Source: Gemmatimonadaceae bacterium (GTDB lineage: Bacteria > Gemmatimonadota > Gemmatimonadetes > Gemmatimonadales > Gemmatimonadaceae). From it: a DNA stretch of 64,000 nt. Position numbers and translations under genes: made by a program. Shown in pieces: positions 1 to 11,321 of this stretch. The stretch lies in contig JBBDYC010000009.1 of the NCBI GenBank assembly GCA_040901985.1, forward strand, positions 248,644 to 312,643, given 5' to 3'. Position 1 is the stretch's first letter. The number at the start of each line of letters is the position of its first letter. The notes beneath the pieces were generated by a model. The model worked only from the letters and a program-made list of their open reading frames with translations. It was not told the origin of the DNA and did no database searches.

Positions 1-64
1 CGTCGGTGCGGCGGAATCTAGTCGCCGCGCCGCGCGCCCACCGCCCGCCTACCGCCCGCCTCCC

Positions 65-481
65 TCACGCGCGCTTCTCGCCGCGATACAGGAACGCGAC
101 CATCACGCCCAGCACGATCACCAGCGCCGTGTCGTACACAATCTGCTTCACCACGAACATCCCTGGCAGCGGCTGCACGGCGTAGTAGATCAGGTACCAC
201 GGCACGGTCGTCAGCAGCGCGATCGTGACGCCGAAGCGGAACCCCTGGCCGAGCCACTCCCGGGCCTCCTGGCCCCGCGCATATACCCAGACGAACGCGC
301 CCGCCATGATCGCGTGCGCGCCGAGCATATACGGCATATAGGCCCCCGACTCTTCCATCGGACGATACAGCTCGGCCATCTCGCCGTACCCGGGCGCCAA
401 CAGCACGCCGTGCACGAGGTAGCTCCCGCCCATCCAGACGACGAACACGGCCAGCCAAGCAATTGCGAACGTCTTGGTCAT
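65..481 (-). CDS. Small 4-TM membrane protein (DUF1761-like)
   Basis: ATG at 481 preceded by AGGAGG; four hydrophobic segments in MTKTFAIAWL...VAFLYR. Confidence 0.6.
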   Translation of the reverse strand: MTKTFAIAWLAVFVVWMGGSYLVHGVLLAPGYGEMAELYRPMEESGAYMPYMLGAHAIMAGAFVWVYARGQEAREWLGQGFRFGVTIALLTTVPWYLIYYAVQPLPGMFVVKQIVYDTALVIVLGVMVAFLYRGEKRA

Positions 482-620
482 TCCGAGCCTCCTGAAGGTG
501 GATGGCGCGGCCCCGCCCGGTGCGGGGAGAGCCCGCGCGCAGGGCAACGTTACCGCCCCTTGGCCCACCCCACCAGTTGGTCGATGCGGCCCGTGGCGCC
601 GCCGTGATACCTTTTCCCCG

Positions 621-1040
621 ATGACCGCCCATACCCACTACCTCTGGTTCAACACGAAGCACCGTCAGGAAATCATTGACATCACCGACGAGGTGGCCGA
701 GCAGCTGCGCCTCAGCGGGATCGGCGAGGGCTTCGCGCTCGTCTCGGCGATGCATATCTCGGCGTCGGTCTTCGTGAACGACCACGAGTCCGGCCTTTGG
801 CACGACATCCTGCACTGGCTCGAGCACACGGTGGCACCGTGGGACCCGACGCGGTATCGGCACAACGAGACCGGCGAGGACAACGCCGCCGCGCACCTGC
901 GCTCGCTGACGATCGGCCACGAGGTCATTGTGCCCGTGACGGCGGGGAAGCTCGACCTCGGCCCGTGGCAGCGCGTCTTCTACGGCGAGTGGGACGGCCG
1001 GCGGAAGAAGCGCGTCGTGATCAAGATCCTCGGCGAATGA
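621..1040 (+). CDS. yjbQ: YjbQ/UPF0047 family protein
   Basis: Motifs IDITDEV, HISASV, Y-R-H...NAAAHLRS, LDLGPWQRVFYGEWDG. Confidence 0.9.
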   Translation: MTAHTHYLWFNTKHRQEIIDITDEVAEQLRLSGIGEGFALVSAMHISASVFVNDHESGLWHDILHWLEHTVAPWDPTRYRHNETGEDNAAAHLRSLTIGHEVIVPVTAGKLDLGPWQRVFYGEWDGRRKKRVVIKILGE

Positions 1041-1102
1041 AGGCAGCGGCACTCCTGCTCGCCCTCGGCGCCGCGTCGGCGGTGAGCGCGAAGGCGTTGC
1101 GC

Positions 1103-2242
1103 CTACCGTGACACCGCGAACTGCGCCGTACCGACGCGGTCCCCCCACGCCAGCTCAATCGCCCCCCGCGCCTGCCCCATCGAACGCAGCGTGATGAGGA
1201 ACTCCTCCACCGGAGCGCTCGCCGCCGTCATCTGCAGCTCGACCCGGCCGAGGTCGTGGGCCGCGTCGTACTGCGTGCCCCACTGCCCCGTCTGCCGGTT
1301 GACGATCAGGAACGTCCCCGCGCGGGTGTGCTGCACCCAGAGCGTATAGCTTCCCGGCGCGAGGACCAGGTCCCCGAAGGTGAGGGTGCGCGTCGTGAAG
1401 AGGTGCGTGGCGTCATTGGCCCCGGCGCGCCAGACGGAGTCGAACGGCACCAGCGTGCCGCCCCAGACGGTGCGCTCGCGGACGTGCGGCCGGCCATAGT
1501 CCACCAGCACCATCCCGCCCGCACCGTACCCGGCGCGCGCCGTCTCGCGTGCCGAGAGGACGCCAGTCGGGCGCATCGCCCGGGCGATCGCGTCGATGTC
1601 GAGCTCGCCCTCGCCGCGTGTCGCGATCACCTTGTTCGTCGTGAACGAACCATCCACCAGGAGCAGCCGGTCGCGCGCGTCGAACCGGACGCGCATCTGG
1701 TAGGGCACGGTGCCGACCAGCCGAAGCGTGTCGCCGCCGGCGGTGCGGAGGCCGGCGTAGCCAAGATTGCCGCCGGCGCCGAGTGCCGGAAGCGAATCAC
1801 CAACGCCGCCGCGGCGACGAAGGCCCGCCAGGACCTCCAGTGGGCCGTAGACGTAGACCGGGAAGTTCACGACCGCCCCGCGCGCGCCAACGGCGCGCCG
1901 CTGCGTACTATCCGCAAAGACCACCTCGCGCACGACCGAATCGTCGGCGACAGTGAAGCGCCACTCACGCGGAGCGTTCGGGAACGGCGTGCCGTCGGCC
2001 TGCGCGCGGGAAAACGACGCGCCGGTCGGGCGCCCGTTGCGGGCGAGCGTCACGCGGTAGCGAATCCGCGCGACCGCCGCGCCAGTGCGCTGCACCATCT
2101 CGCCTTCGAGCGCGGTCGCGGTGCGCGTGTACTGCTCGACGGCGACCGTATCGGTGCCCAGACGGTAGATGAGGGCGGCGGACTGTGCGGCAAGGGTCTG
2201 GGCGCTTGGCAGGAGCGCAACGGCGAGAATCAGGCGGCGCAT
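1103..2242 (-). CDS. Secreted DUF2911-domain protein
   Basis: Signal peptide; C-terminal VDYGRP...LVPFDSVWRAGAN.AT...GQWGTQY. Confidence 0.8.
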   Translation of the reverse strand: MRRLILAVALLPSAQTLAAQSAALIYRLGTDTVAVEQYTRTATALEGEMVQRTGAAVARIRYRVTLARNGRPTGASFSRAQADGTPFPNAPREWRFTVADDSVVREVVFADSTQRRAVGARGAVVNFPVYVYGPLEVLAGLRRRGGVGDSLPALGAGGNLGYAGLRTAGGDTLRLVGTVPYQMRVRFDARDRLLLVDGSFTTNKVIATRGEGELDIDAIARAMRPTGVLSARETARAGYGAGGMVLVDYGRPHVRERTVWGGTLVPFDSVWRAGANDATHLFTTRTLTFGDLVLAPGSYTLWVQHTRAGTFLIVNRQTGQWGTQYDAAHDLGRVELQMTAASAPVEEFLITLRSMGQARGAIELAWGDRVGTAQFAVSR

Positions 2243-2282
2243 CGCAGGCCTCGGAAGGGGGTGACGAAAATATACGGAATCG

Positions 2283-2900
2283 TCAGGGTCGCGGCCGCGC
2301 CAGCGCGAAGATGGCCGCGCGCGTCACCTCCGCCCACTCGATCCGCCCCATCCGCGCCACCGGGTGGATCAACGCCGTGTCCGGCAGGCCGTCGGCGGCG
2401 ATCACCGAGTCGGCGATGTGAAGCACGAGCACCTCGCAGATCACCCAGGTCGCGTGAAGCGGCCCCTCGCCGTGCGGAACGATCTGGAAGACCCGGCACT
2501 CGAGCGACGCCGGCGACTCCTGCACGCGCGGCGGACGCACCACCGTCGAGGCGACGCGCGTGAAGCCGGTGACGTCAAACTCATCCACCTCGGCCGGATA
2601 CGCCGCCGAGGCCTGATTCACGCGCTCGGCCATCGCGCGCGACACGATGTTGATCGTCAGCTCGCCGGTCTCACGCACGTTCCGCAGCGTGTCCTTGGGC
2701 TCCCCGTTCCGGTCGGCGATCGGACAGAATGCCACCGACTGGGGATTCCCGCCGCCCATCGCAAAGAACGAGAACGGCGCGAGGTTTCCGACGCCCGAGG
2801 CGCTCAGCGAACTCACGAACGCGATTGGCCGCGGCGCAATCACCGGCGTGAGCCAGCGCTGGCGGTCGGCGGGCGTGAGGTCGGCGAGGCGGAGCTCCAT
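2283..2900 (-). CDS. Flavin reductase (DIM6/NtaB) family protein
   Basis: PRPIAFVSS...GNLAPFSFF...KDTLRNVRETGE; ATG at 2900. Confidence 0.85.
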   Translation of the reverse strand: MELRLADLTPADRQRWLTPVIAPRPIAFVSSLSASGVGNLAPFSFFAMGGGNPQSVAFCPIADRNGEPKDTLRNVRETGELTINIVSRAMAERVNQASAAYPAEVDEFDVTGFTRVASTVVRPPRVQESPASLECRVFQIVPHGEGPLHATWVICEVLVLHIADSVIAADGLPDTALIHPVARMGRIEWAEVTRAAIFALARPRP

Positions 2901-2908
2901 CTCCCTGC

Positions 2909-4099
2909 CTAGGAAGTCGGAGGCGAGAACCCCTCCCCGCCCGCCGCTGCCTCGAGCCACGAGGACTGGTACTTCCGGTCCTCGTAGGGGAGCATCGCCT
3001 TCGCGACCGTAAGCGGCCGGAAGCTGTCCATCATCACCGCGAGCTCGTTGGTGTGCGTCTGCCCGATGCTCGCCTCGGCGCGGCCGGGGTGCGGGCCGTG
3101 CGGGATGCCGTCCGGATGGTGCGTGATGGACCCGTACTCGATTCCCTTCCGGCTCATGAATTCGCTCGATGCGTAGAAGAGCACCTCGTCCGAATCCACG
3201 TTGGAGTGGTTGTACGGCGCCGGGATCGCCTCCGGATGGAAGTCGTACGGCCGCGGGCAGAACGAGCAGATCACGAAGCCGTCGCCCTGGAACGTCTGGT
3301 GGACCGGCGGCGGCTGGTGCACCCGCCCGACAATCGGCTCGAAGTCGTTGATGTTGAAGGCCCACGGATAGAACATCCCGTCCCACCCAACCACGTCCAG
3401 CGGGTGATGGTCGAGCACGATCTCGTTCAGGCCGTCGTACTGCTTGACGATCAGCGGGAAGTCACCCTTCTCGTCGTGCGTGCGGAGCTCCCAAGGAATG
3501 CGAATGTCGCGCTCGCTGTACGGGGCCCCCTCGAGGAGCTGGCCAAACTTGTTGAGATAGCGCGACGGCGGCCGCACGTACCCGCGGCTTTCCATCACCA
3601 GGAGCTTGGCCGGCTTGGTGAAGCGGTACCGGTGCAGGATGTGGCGATGGATCACCAGGTAGTCGCCGGGCGTGATTGGGAGGTCGCCATACTGCGTCTC
3701 CAGCGTCCCCTCACCCTCGGCGACGTACACCACCTCGTCGCCCTGCGCATTGCGATAGAAGTGTTCGTCCGCCTTGTCCGGCGCGACGTAGAGCATCGCG
3801 ATGTCGCGGTTGAAGAGGATCGGCGTGCGGTCGAGGGTCGGGCTGCCGCCGCGCGCGATCGGCGCCGTGCGGAAATGCCGGTGCCGCAGCGCCTTGTCCG
3901 GATCGGCCTCGTACTTCGTCTCGCGCAGCCGCTTCGCCGACTTCACCGTCGTCGGCGGATGGATGTGGTAAAGCAGCGCCGAAGGACCGGTGAACCCCTC
4001 GATGCCGACCAGCTGCTCCGAGTACAGCCCGCCGTCGGGACGCCGGAAGGCGATGTGCCGCTTGCGCGGGATCTGTCCCAGCCGATGGTACATCGGCAT
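2909..4099 (-). CDS. hmgA: Homogentisate 1,2-dioxygenase
   Basis: HPLDVVGWDG, HQPPPVHQTF, PYNHSNVDSDE, HPDGIPHGP; adjacent to hppD. Confidence 0.92.
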   Translation of the reverse strand: MPMYHRLGQIPRKRHIAFRRPDGGLYSEQLVGIEGFTGPSALLYHIHPPTTVKSAKRLRETKYEADPDKALRHRHFRTAPIARGGSPTLDRTPILFNRDIAMLYVAPDKADEHFYRNAQGDEVVYVAEGEGTLETQYGDLPITPGDYLVIHRHILHRYRFTKPAKLLVMESRGYVRPPSRYLNKFGQLLEGAPYSERDIRIPWELRTHDEKGDFPLIVKQYDGLNEIVLDHHPLDVVGWDGMFYPWAFNINDFEPIVGRVHQPPPVHQTFQGDGFVICSFCPRPYDFHPEAIPAPYNHSNVDSDEVLFYASSEFMSRKGIEYGSITHHPDGIPHGPHPGRAEASIGQTHTNELAVMMDSFRPLTVAKAMLPYEDRKYQSSWLEAAAGGEGFSPPTS

Positions 4100-5238
4100 T
4101 ACAGGTTCCCCCGCGCCGCCTGCTCGCGCTCGATGCTCTCGAAGAGCGCCTTGAAGTTCCCCGCCCCGAAGCTCTTCGCGCCCTTGCGCTGGATGACCTC
4201 GAAGAACAGGGTCGGCCGATCCTGCACCGGCTTGGTGAAAATCTGCAGCAGGTAGCCCTCGTCGTCGCGGTCCACGAGGATCCCCAGCTCGGCCAGCGGG
4301 GCAATCTCCTCGTCAATCTTCCCGACGCGGTCGAGCACGGTCTCGTAGTAGGTCTGCGGGATGGTCAGGAATTCGACGCCGCGCGACTTGAGCGCGCGCA
4401 CGGTCTTGATGATGTCGTCGGTCGCCACGGCGATGTGCTGCACGCCTGGCCCGCGATAGAAATCGAGGTACTCCTCGATCTGCGACTTCTTCTTGCCCTG
4501 TGCCGGCTCGTTGATCGGGAACTTGATCCGGCCGTTCCCGTTCGTCATCACCTTCGACATCAGCGCCGAGTACTCGGTGGAGATCGTCTTGTCGTCGAAC
4601 GAGAGGAGGTTGTAGAACCCGAGGACCTTCGAATAGAAGTCCACCCAATGATTCATCTTGCCGAGTTCGACGTTGCCGACGCAGTGGTCCACGTACTTGA
4701 GGCCGACCGGCTCGGCCTGGAACGGCGACGCGGCGGCGCGGAAGCCGGGAACGAAGAGCCCACGGTAGTTCCGGCGCTCGACAATCGAGTGGATCGTGTC
4801 GCCGTAGGTCCGGATGCCGGCGATGATGACCTCGCCTTGGTCGTCGGTCAGCACGGTGGGCTCCTGGACCGAGACCGCTCCGCGTTCGACGGCCTTCCGG
4901 TGCGCGTCGCGCGCGTCGTCCACCCAGAACGCAATGTCGCGCACGCCGTCGCCGTGCCTGGCGACGTGGGCGGCAATCTCGCCCTCCGGCCCCATCGGCG
5001 TGGTGAGGACGAGGCGGATCTTCCCCTGCTCCAGCAGGTAGCTCGCGCGGTCGCGCACGCCCGTCTCGGGGCCACGGTAGGCGACGAGCCGGAAGCCGAA
5101 GGCGGCGCGATAGAACAGCGCACTCTGCTTGGCGTTGCCGACCCAGAACTCGATGTAGTCGGTTCCGTTGATCGGGAAGGTATCGTGGGCTTCGGCAGCC
5201 GCCTGCTTGCCGGCCTGCGCGCTCATCGTGGCCATCAC
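4099..5238 (-). CDS. hppD: 4-hydroxyphenylpyruvate dioxygenase
   Basis: DHCVGN, GPGVQHIA, LLQIFTKPVQDRPTLFFEVIQR, FGAGNFKALFESIE. Confidence 0.97.
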   Translation of the reverse strand: MMATMSAQAGKQAAAEAHDTFPINGTDYIEFWVGNAKQSALFYRAAFGFRLVAYRGPETGVRDRASYLLEQGKIRLVLTTPMGPEGEIAAHVARHGDGVRDIAFWVDDARDAHRKAVERGAVSVQEPTVLTDDQGEVIIAGIRTYGDTIHSIVERRNYRGLFVPGFRAAASPFQAEPVGLKYVDHCVGNVELGKMNHWVDFYSKVLGFYNLLSFDDKTISTEYSALMSKVMTNGNGRIKFPINEPAQGKKKSQIEEYLDFYRGPGVQHIAVATDDIIKTVRALKSRGVEFLTIPQTYYETVLDRVGKIDEEIAPLAELGILVDRDDEGYLLQIFTKPVQDRPTLFFEVIQRKGAKSFGAGNFKALFESIEREQAARGNL

Positions 5239-5257
5239 CGGGCTCCTGGCACGGGGT

Positions 5258-7303
<2,046 letters not shown>

Positions 7304-7350
7304 CACGGGGGAATGTAGCCGCGGCGCACCGCGCGCCCTATGCTTTACGG

Positions 7351-8580
7351 ATGACCGCCCGCCGCATCCTCCACGCCGATGCCGACGCCTTCTTCGTGGC
7401 GGTCGCCCGGATGGCGGATCCCGAGGGCGCGGGGCGCGCGCCGCTGCTGATCGTCGGCGGTCGGCCCGGGTCGCGGGGCGTGGTCTGCTCCGCCTCGTAC
7501 GAGACGCGCACCTACGGGGTGCGCTCGGCGATGCCAATCTCGCAGGCGCTCCGGCTCTGCCCGGACGCCCTCTGCGTCCCGGTACCGCGAGGCGCCTGCA
7601 GCGCCACCTCAAAGGCCATCGGCGCCGTCCTCGGCCGGTTCACGCCGATCGTCGAAGGCGCGAGCATTGACGAGTGGTACCTCGACCTCACGGGCACCGA
7701 GGCGCTGCACGGCGGCGAGACGCTCGCCGAGACCGCGGCGCGGATTCGCGCCCGGGCACACAAGGAAACGGGAATCTGGCTCTCGATCGGCGGCGGCGCA
7801 TCGAAGCTGGTCGCCAAGCTCGCCGCCGAACGCGCCAAGCCGCGGCCGGGCACCGGGGCCACCGGTGTGCTCGTCATCGAACCCGACGCGGAGGCCGCCT
7901 TTATGAGTGGCCTCACGCTGGCCGAGCTTCCGGGAATCGGCCCCAAGCTGCAGCAACGCCTGGCCGGCTTCGGCCTCGTGCGCGTGGCCGACGTCCTGCC
8001 GCACGAGCGCGCGACGCTCGCCCGCTGGCTCGGGCGACGCCAGGCCGAGTGGCTCTGGGCGCGGGTGCGCGGGATCCACGGCGCGCCGGTGGAGGCGCGC
8101 GGCACGGCGCGCCAGATCAGCCGCGAGAGCACCTTCGACCGCGACGTGCGCGAGACCGGTCCGCTCGCCACGCATCTGCGGATGCTCGGCGCCAAGGCGG
8201 CCAGCGAGATGCGGAGCGAGCGCCTCGCCGCGCGGACGGTGATCGTGAAGATCAAGGATGCCGACTTCACCACCCGCCTGGCGAGCCGCACCCTGCCCGA
8301 ACCACTCGAGTCCGACCGCGCGGTCGGCGATGTGGCGGTGACGCTCCTCGCCAAGCTGCGCGCGGCGCGGAACGTGCCGGCGCGCCTGGTGGGCGTGGCG
8401 CTCGGCGGGCTGATGCCGGCCCGCGACGCCGAGCAACTGGGGCTCTTTGCGCCAGCAGCCGGAACCGTCGAGAAACCCGCCGATCGCGCCGTGTCGCGGG
8501 CGGTGGACCGCGTCCGCGAGCGCTTCGGCGACGACGCCATCCGCGCCGGCGAATCAACATCCCGCCGACCGCGCCCGTAG
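7351..8580 (+). CDS. dinB: DNA polymerase IV (Y family)
   Basis: ILHADADAFF, SASYETR..GVRSAM, SIDEWYLD, LPGIG. Confidence 0.93.
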   Translation: MTARRILHADADAFFVAVARMADPEGAGRAPLLIVGGRPGSRGVVCSASYETRTYGVRSAMPISQALRLCPDALCVPVPRGACSATSKAIGAVLGRFTPIVEGASIDEWYLDLTGTEALHGGETLAETAARIRARAHKETGIWLSIGGGASKLVAKLAAERAKPRPGTGATGVLVIEPDAEAAFMSGLTLAELPGIGPKLQQRLAGFGLVRVADVLPHERATLARWLGRRQAEWLWARVRGIHGAPVEARGTARQISRESTFDRDVRETGPLATHLRMLGAKAASEMRSERLAARTVIVKIKDADFTTRLASRTLPEPLESDRAVGDVAVTLLAKLRAARNVPARLVGVALGGLMPARDAEQLGLFAPAAGTVEKPADRAVSRAVDRVRERFGDDAIRAGESTSRRPRP

Positions 8581-8643
8581 CCAAGCGTCCGTCCAGCGGG
8601 CCATACTTTCCTCCCCCTGCCGACACCTCAACCTCAGAGACCG

Positions 8644-11211
8644 ATGCGATCCACACGACCGATCCTCCTCACGGCGGGACTGGCGCTCCTCGCCGCGTCC
8701 TGCACCTCGGCCACCGCCTCCCCGACGACGCCGGCGCCGGCGCGCACCCCGACACCAGCCGGCGGCCCACAGGGCGGCCAGGCAGGTGGGCAACAGGGCA
8801 CTCCGGCGGGCGGCCCGACCGCCGATCCGCAGCCGCGCGCCTACAACACCGTGATCCGGGGCGACGTCACGACCAAGGACGGCCTCTTCAAGACGCACCA
8901 GATCGGCAGCCGGCTCTACTATGAGATTCCGGCGGCGGAACTGGGCAAGGACCTCCTCGTCGTCACACGCGTGGCGCGCAATATGGTCACCGATGGACTG
9001 GGCGGGAACGAGATCGCCCGCAGCGTGGTGCGCTGGGAGCGCCGCGGCCACCGCGTCCTCCTGCGGGGAATCTCCTACGCCACCGTCGCCGATCCGGAAT
9101 CCCCGATCGCCGAGGCGGTCGGGCGCTCGAACAATCCCACGATCCTTGCGTCGTTCAATGTCGAGACCTACGGCCCCGACTCGGCCGCGGTGATCGAGGT
9201 GACGCGCCTCTACACGGCGCCGCCCAATGAGCTGAGCATCATCCGGCAGACCCGCGGCCAGCTCGACGCCACCCGATCGTTCATCGAGATGGTGGCGCCC
9301 TACCCGACCAACGTCGAGGTCGAGGCGACGTTGACCGTCAACGCCCAGCCGGTCGCGCAGTCGTTCTTCCCCGGGCTTCCGCCGCAGCAGCCGCCGCCGG
9401 GCACGCCGACTCTGACGAAGACCTTCGTCGTCCACTGGTCAATGGTGAAGCTCCCCGAGACGCCGATGCGGCCGCGCCTTCGCGATTCACGCGTCGGCTA
9501 CTTCCATTCGACGCGCGTGGACTACAGCCGTCCCGAACAGCGCGCACAGCAGCGGCCCTACATCTCCCGCTGGCGCCTCGAGAAGAAGGATCCCGACGCG
9601 GCGATGTCGGAGCCGGTCAAGCCGATCGTCTACTACGTGGACCCGGCCACGCCGGCGTGGCTCGTGCCGTTCGTGAAGGCCGGCATCGAGGAGTGGCAGA
9701 GTGCCTTCGAGGCGGCGGGCTTCCGCCGCGCCATCATCGCCGCCGACGCGCCGACCAAGGAAGAGGACCCCAACTGGTCGCCCGACGACGCCCGCTATTC
9801 GGTGATCCGCTGGTTGGCCTCGACCACCGAGAATGCCGTCGGCCCGAGCGTGGTGGACCCGCGGTCGGGTGAGATCATCGAGGCCGACGTGATGATGTTC
9901 CACAACATCATGAACCTGCAGACCTGGTGGTACTGGACACAGGTCGGCCCGCTCGACCCGCGCGCGGCGCGCCTCCCGCTCCCCGATTCGCTCCAGGGGC
10001 GCCTCGTGCAGTTCGTCGTCGCGCACGAGGTGGGCCATACCCTCGGCCTGCCGCACAACCAGGCCGCGTCGGCAATGTATCCGGCCGACTCGGTGCGCTC
10101 CCGCACCTGGGTCGAGCGGATGGGCCACTCGCCGAGCATCATGGACTACGCGCGCTTCAACTATGTCGCGCAGCCCGAGGACAACCTGCCGCTCCACACG
10201 CTCGTCCCGCAGGTGGGCCCGTACGACCGGTTCTCGGTCCAGTGGGGCTACTCGGTCTTCCCCGGGACCACCGGCCCGGATGACGAACGCAACGCGCTCG
10301 ACGCGCTGGCCCGTCAGCAGGACACGGTGCCGTGGTTCCGCTACGGCATCCCCGACGACTTTGGCGCCTTCCCGTACACGGCGTACAGCGAGGCCGTCGG
10401 CGACCAGGACGCCATCAAGAGCACGACGATGGGGCTCCGCAACCTCAGGCGCCTTGTCCCGATGCTCGTGCCGGCGACGACGGACCCGTTGCAGGACGTC
10501 TCGTTCACCAAGGAGGGCTACGGCCGGCTCCTCGGCCAGTTCACCAACGAGATGCGCCACGTCGCCACGATCGTCGGCAGCGTGGACGGTCAGGAGAAGT
10601 ACGGGTCGCAGCCGGGCCCGCGCTTCACGCCGATCCCGCGGGAGCGGCAGCGCGCCGCCGTGCAGTTCGTGCACGACAATCTCTTCACGACGCCCACCTG
10701 GCTCCTCGATCCGCAGATCCTGCGGCGCCTTGAGCCGGATGGCGCGGTCGCCCGCATCAACATCACGCAGCGCAACATCCTCGCCACGATGCTGAATGAC
10801 GAACGCCTGGCGCGCCTCGTGGAGTTCGAGGCGCTGCCGGGGACCGTCCGCCCGTATCCGCTCTCCGAGTACCTGGCGGACCTGCGGACCGGGATCTGGA
10901 GCGAGCTCTCGGCCGGCTCCGTGCGCGTGGACGCGTTCCGTCGCGGCCTCCAGCGCATCCATCTCGAGGCAATCAAGGCGAAGTTGGATGCCAATCCGCC
11001 GACGACGCCGCGTATCTCGAGCAGCGCGCAGACCGGGCAGAGCTTCACGGCCCCGGCCCGTCCGAGCACCGACGTGAAGGGGATGTTGCGGCAGGAACTG
11101 CGCACGCTCGACGCGCAGCTCGCGGCGGCCCAGTCGAAGGTCGGCGACGCCGCCACCCGCGCGCACGTGGCCGACGCGCGCTGGCAGATCAAGCAGTTGC
11201 TCGAGCCGTAA
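8644..11211 (+). CDS. Lipoprotein zinc-dependent metalloprotease (DUF5117/DUF4953 type)
   Basis: Lipobox LAASC; HEVGHTLGLPHN and Met-turn SIMDY; DPRSGEI. Confidence 0.88.
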   Translation: MRSTRPILLTAGLALLAASCTSATASPTTPAPARTPTPAGGPQGGQAGGQQGTPAGGPTADPQPRAYNTVIRGDVTTKDGLFKTHQIGSRLYYEIPAAELGKDLLVVTRVARNMVTDGLGGNEIARSVVRWERRGHRVLLRGISYATVADPESPIAEAVGRSNNPTILASFNVETYGPDSAAVIEVTRLYTAPPNELSIIRQTRGQLDATRSFIEMVAPYPTNVEVEATLTVNAQPVAQSFFPGLPPQQPPPGTPTLTKTFVVHWSMVKLPETPMRPRLRDSRVGYFHSTRVDYSRPEQRAQQRPYISRWRLEKKDPDAAMSEPVKPIVYYVDPATPAWLVPFVKAGIEEWQSAFEAAGFRRAIIAADAPTKEEDPNWSPDDARYSVIRWLASTTENAVGPSVVDPRSGEIIEADVMMFHNIMNLQTWWYWTQVGPLDPRAARLPLPDSLQGRLVQFVVAHEVGHTLGLPHNQAASAMYPADSVRSRTWVERMGHSPSIMDYARFNYVAQPEDNLPLHTLVPQVGPYDRFSVQWGYSVFPGTTGPDDERNALDALARQQDTVPWFRYGIPDDFGAFPYTAYSEAVGDQDAIKSTTMGLRNLRRLVPMLVPATTDPLQDVSFTKEGYGRLLGQFTNEMRHVATIVGSVDGQEKYGSQPGPRFTPIPRERQRAAVQFVHDNLFTTPTWLLDPQILRRLEPDGAVARINITQRNILATMLNDERLARLVEFEALPGTVRPYPLSEYLADLRTGIWSELSAGSVRVDAFRRGLQRIHLEAIKAKLDANPPTTPRISSSAQTGQSFTAPARPSTDVKGMLRQELRTLDAQLAAAQSKVGDAATRAHVADARWQIKQLLEP

Positions 11212-11259
11212 CGGCGTTCGAACCGCGCCGGTCGGTCGCCAACGACCGGAGCGGGGCTG

Positions 11260-11308
11260 GACCGAGGGGGCCCGGTGGACGAAGCTGTCCGCCGGGCCCC
11301 CCTTGGTC
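11260..11308. terminator. GC-rich hairpin between convergent genes
   Basis: GACCGAGGGGGCCCGGTGGAC-loop-GTCCGCCGGGCCCCCCTTGGTC (imperfect). Confidence 0.55.
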
Positions 11309-11321
11309 TCGTCGCGCGGAA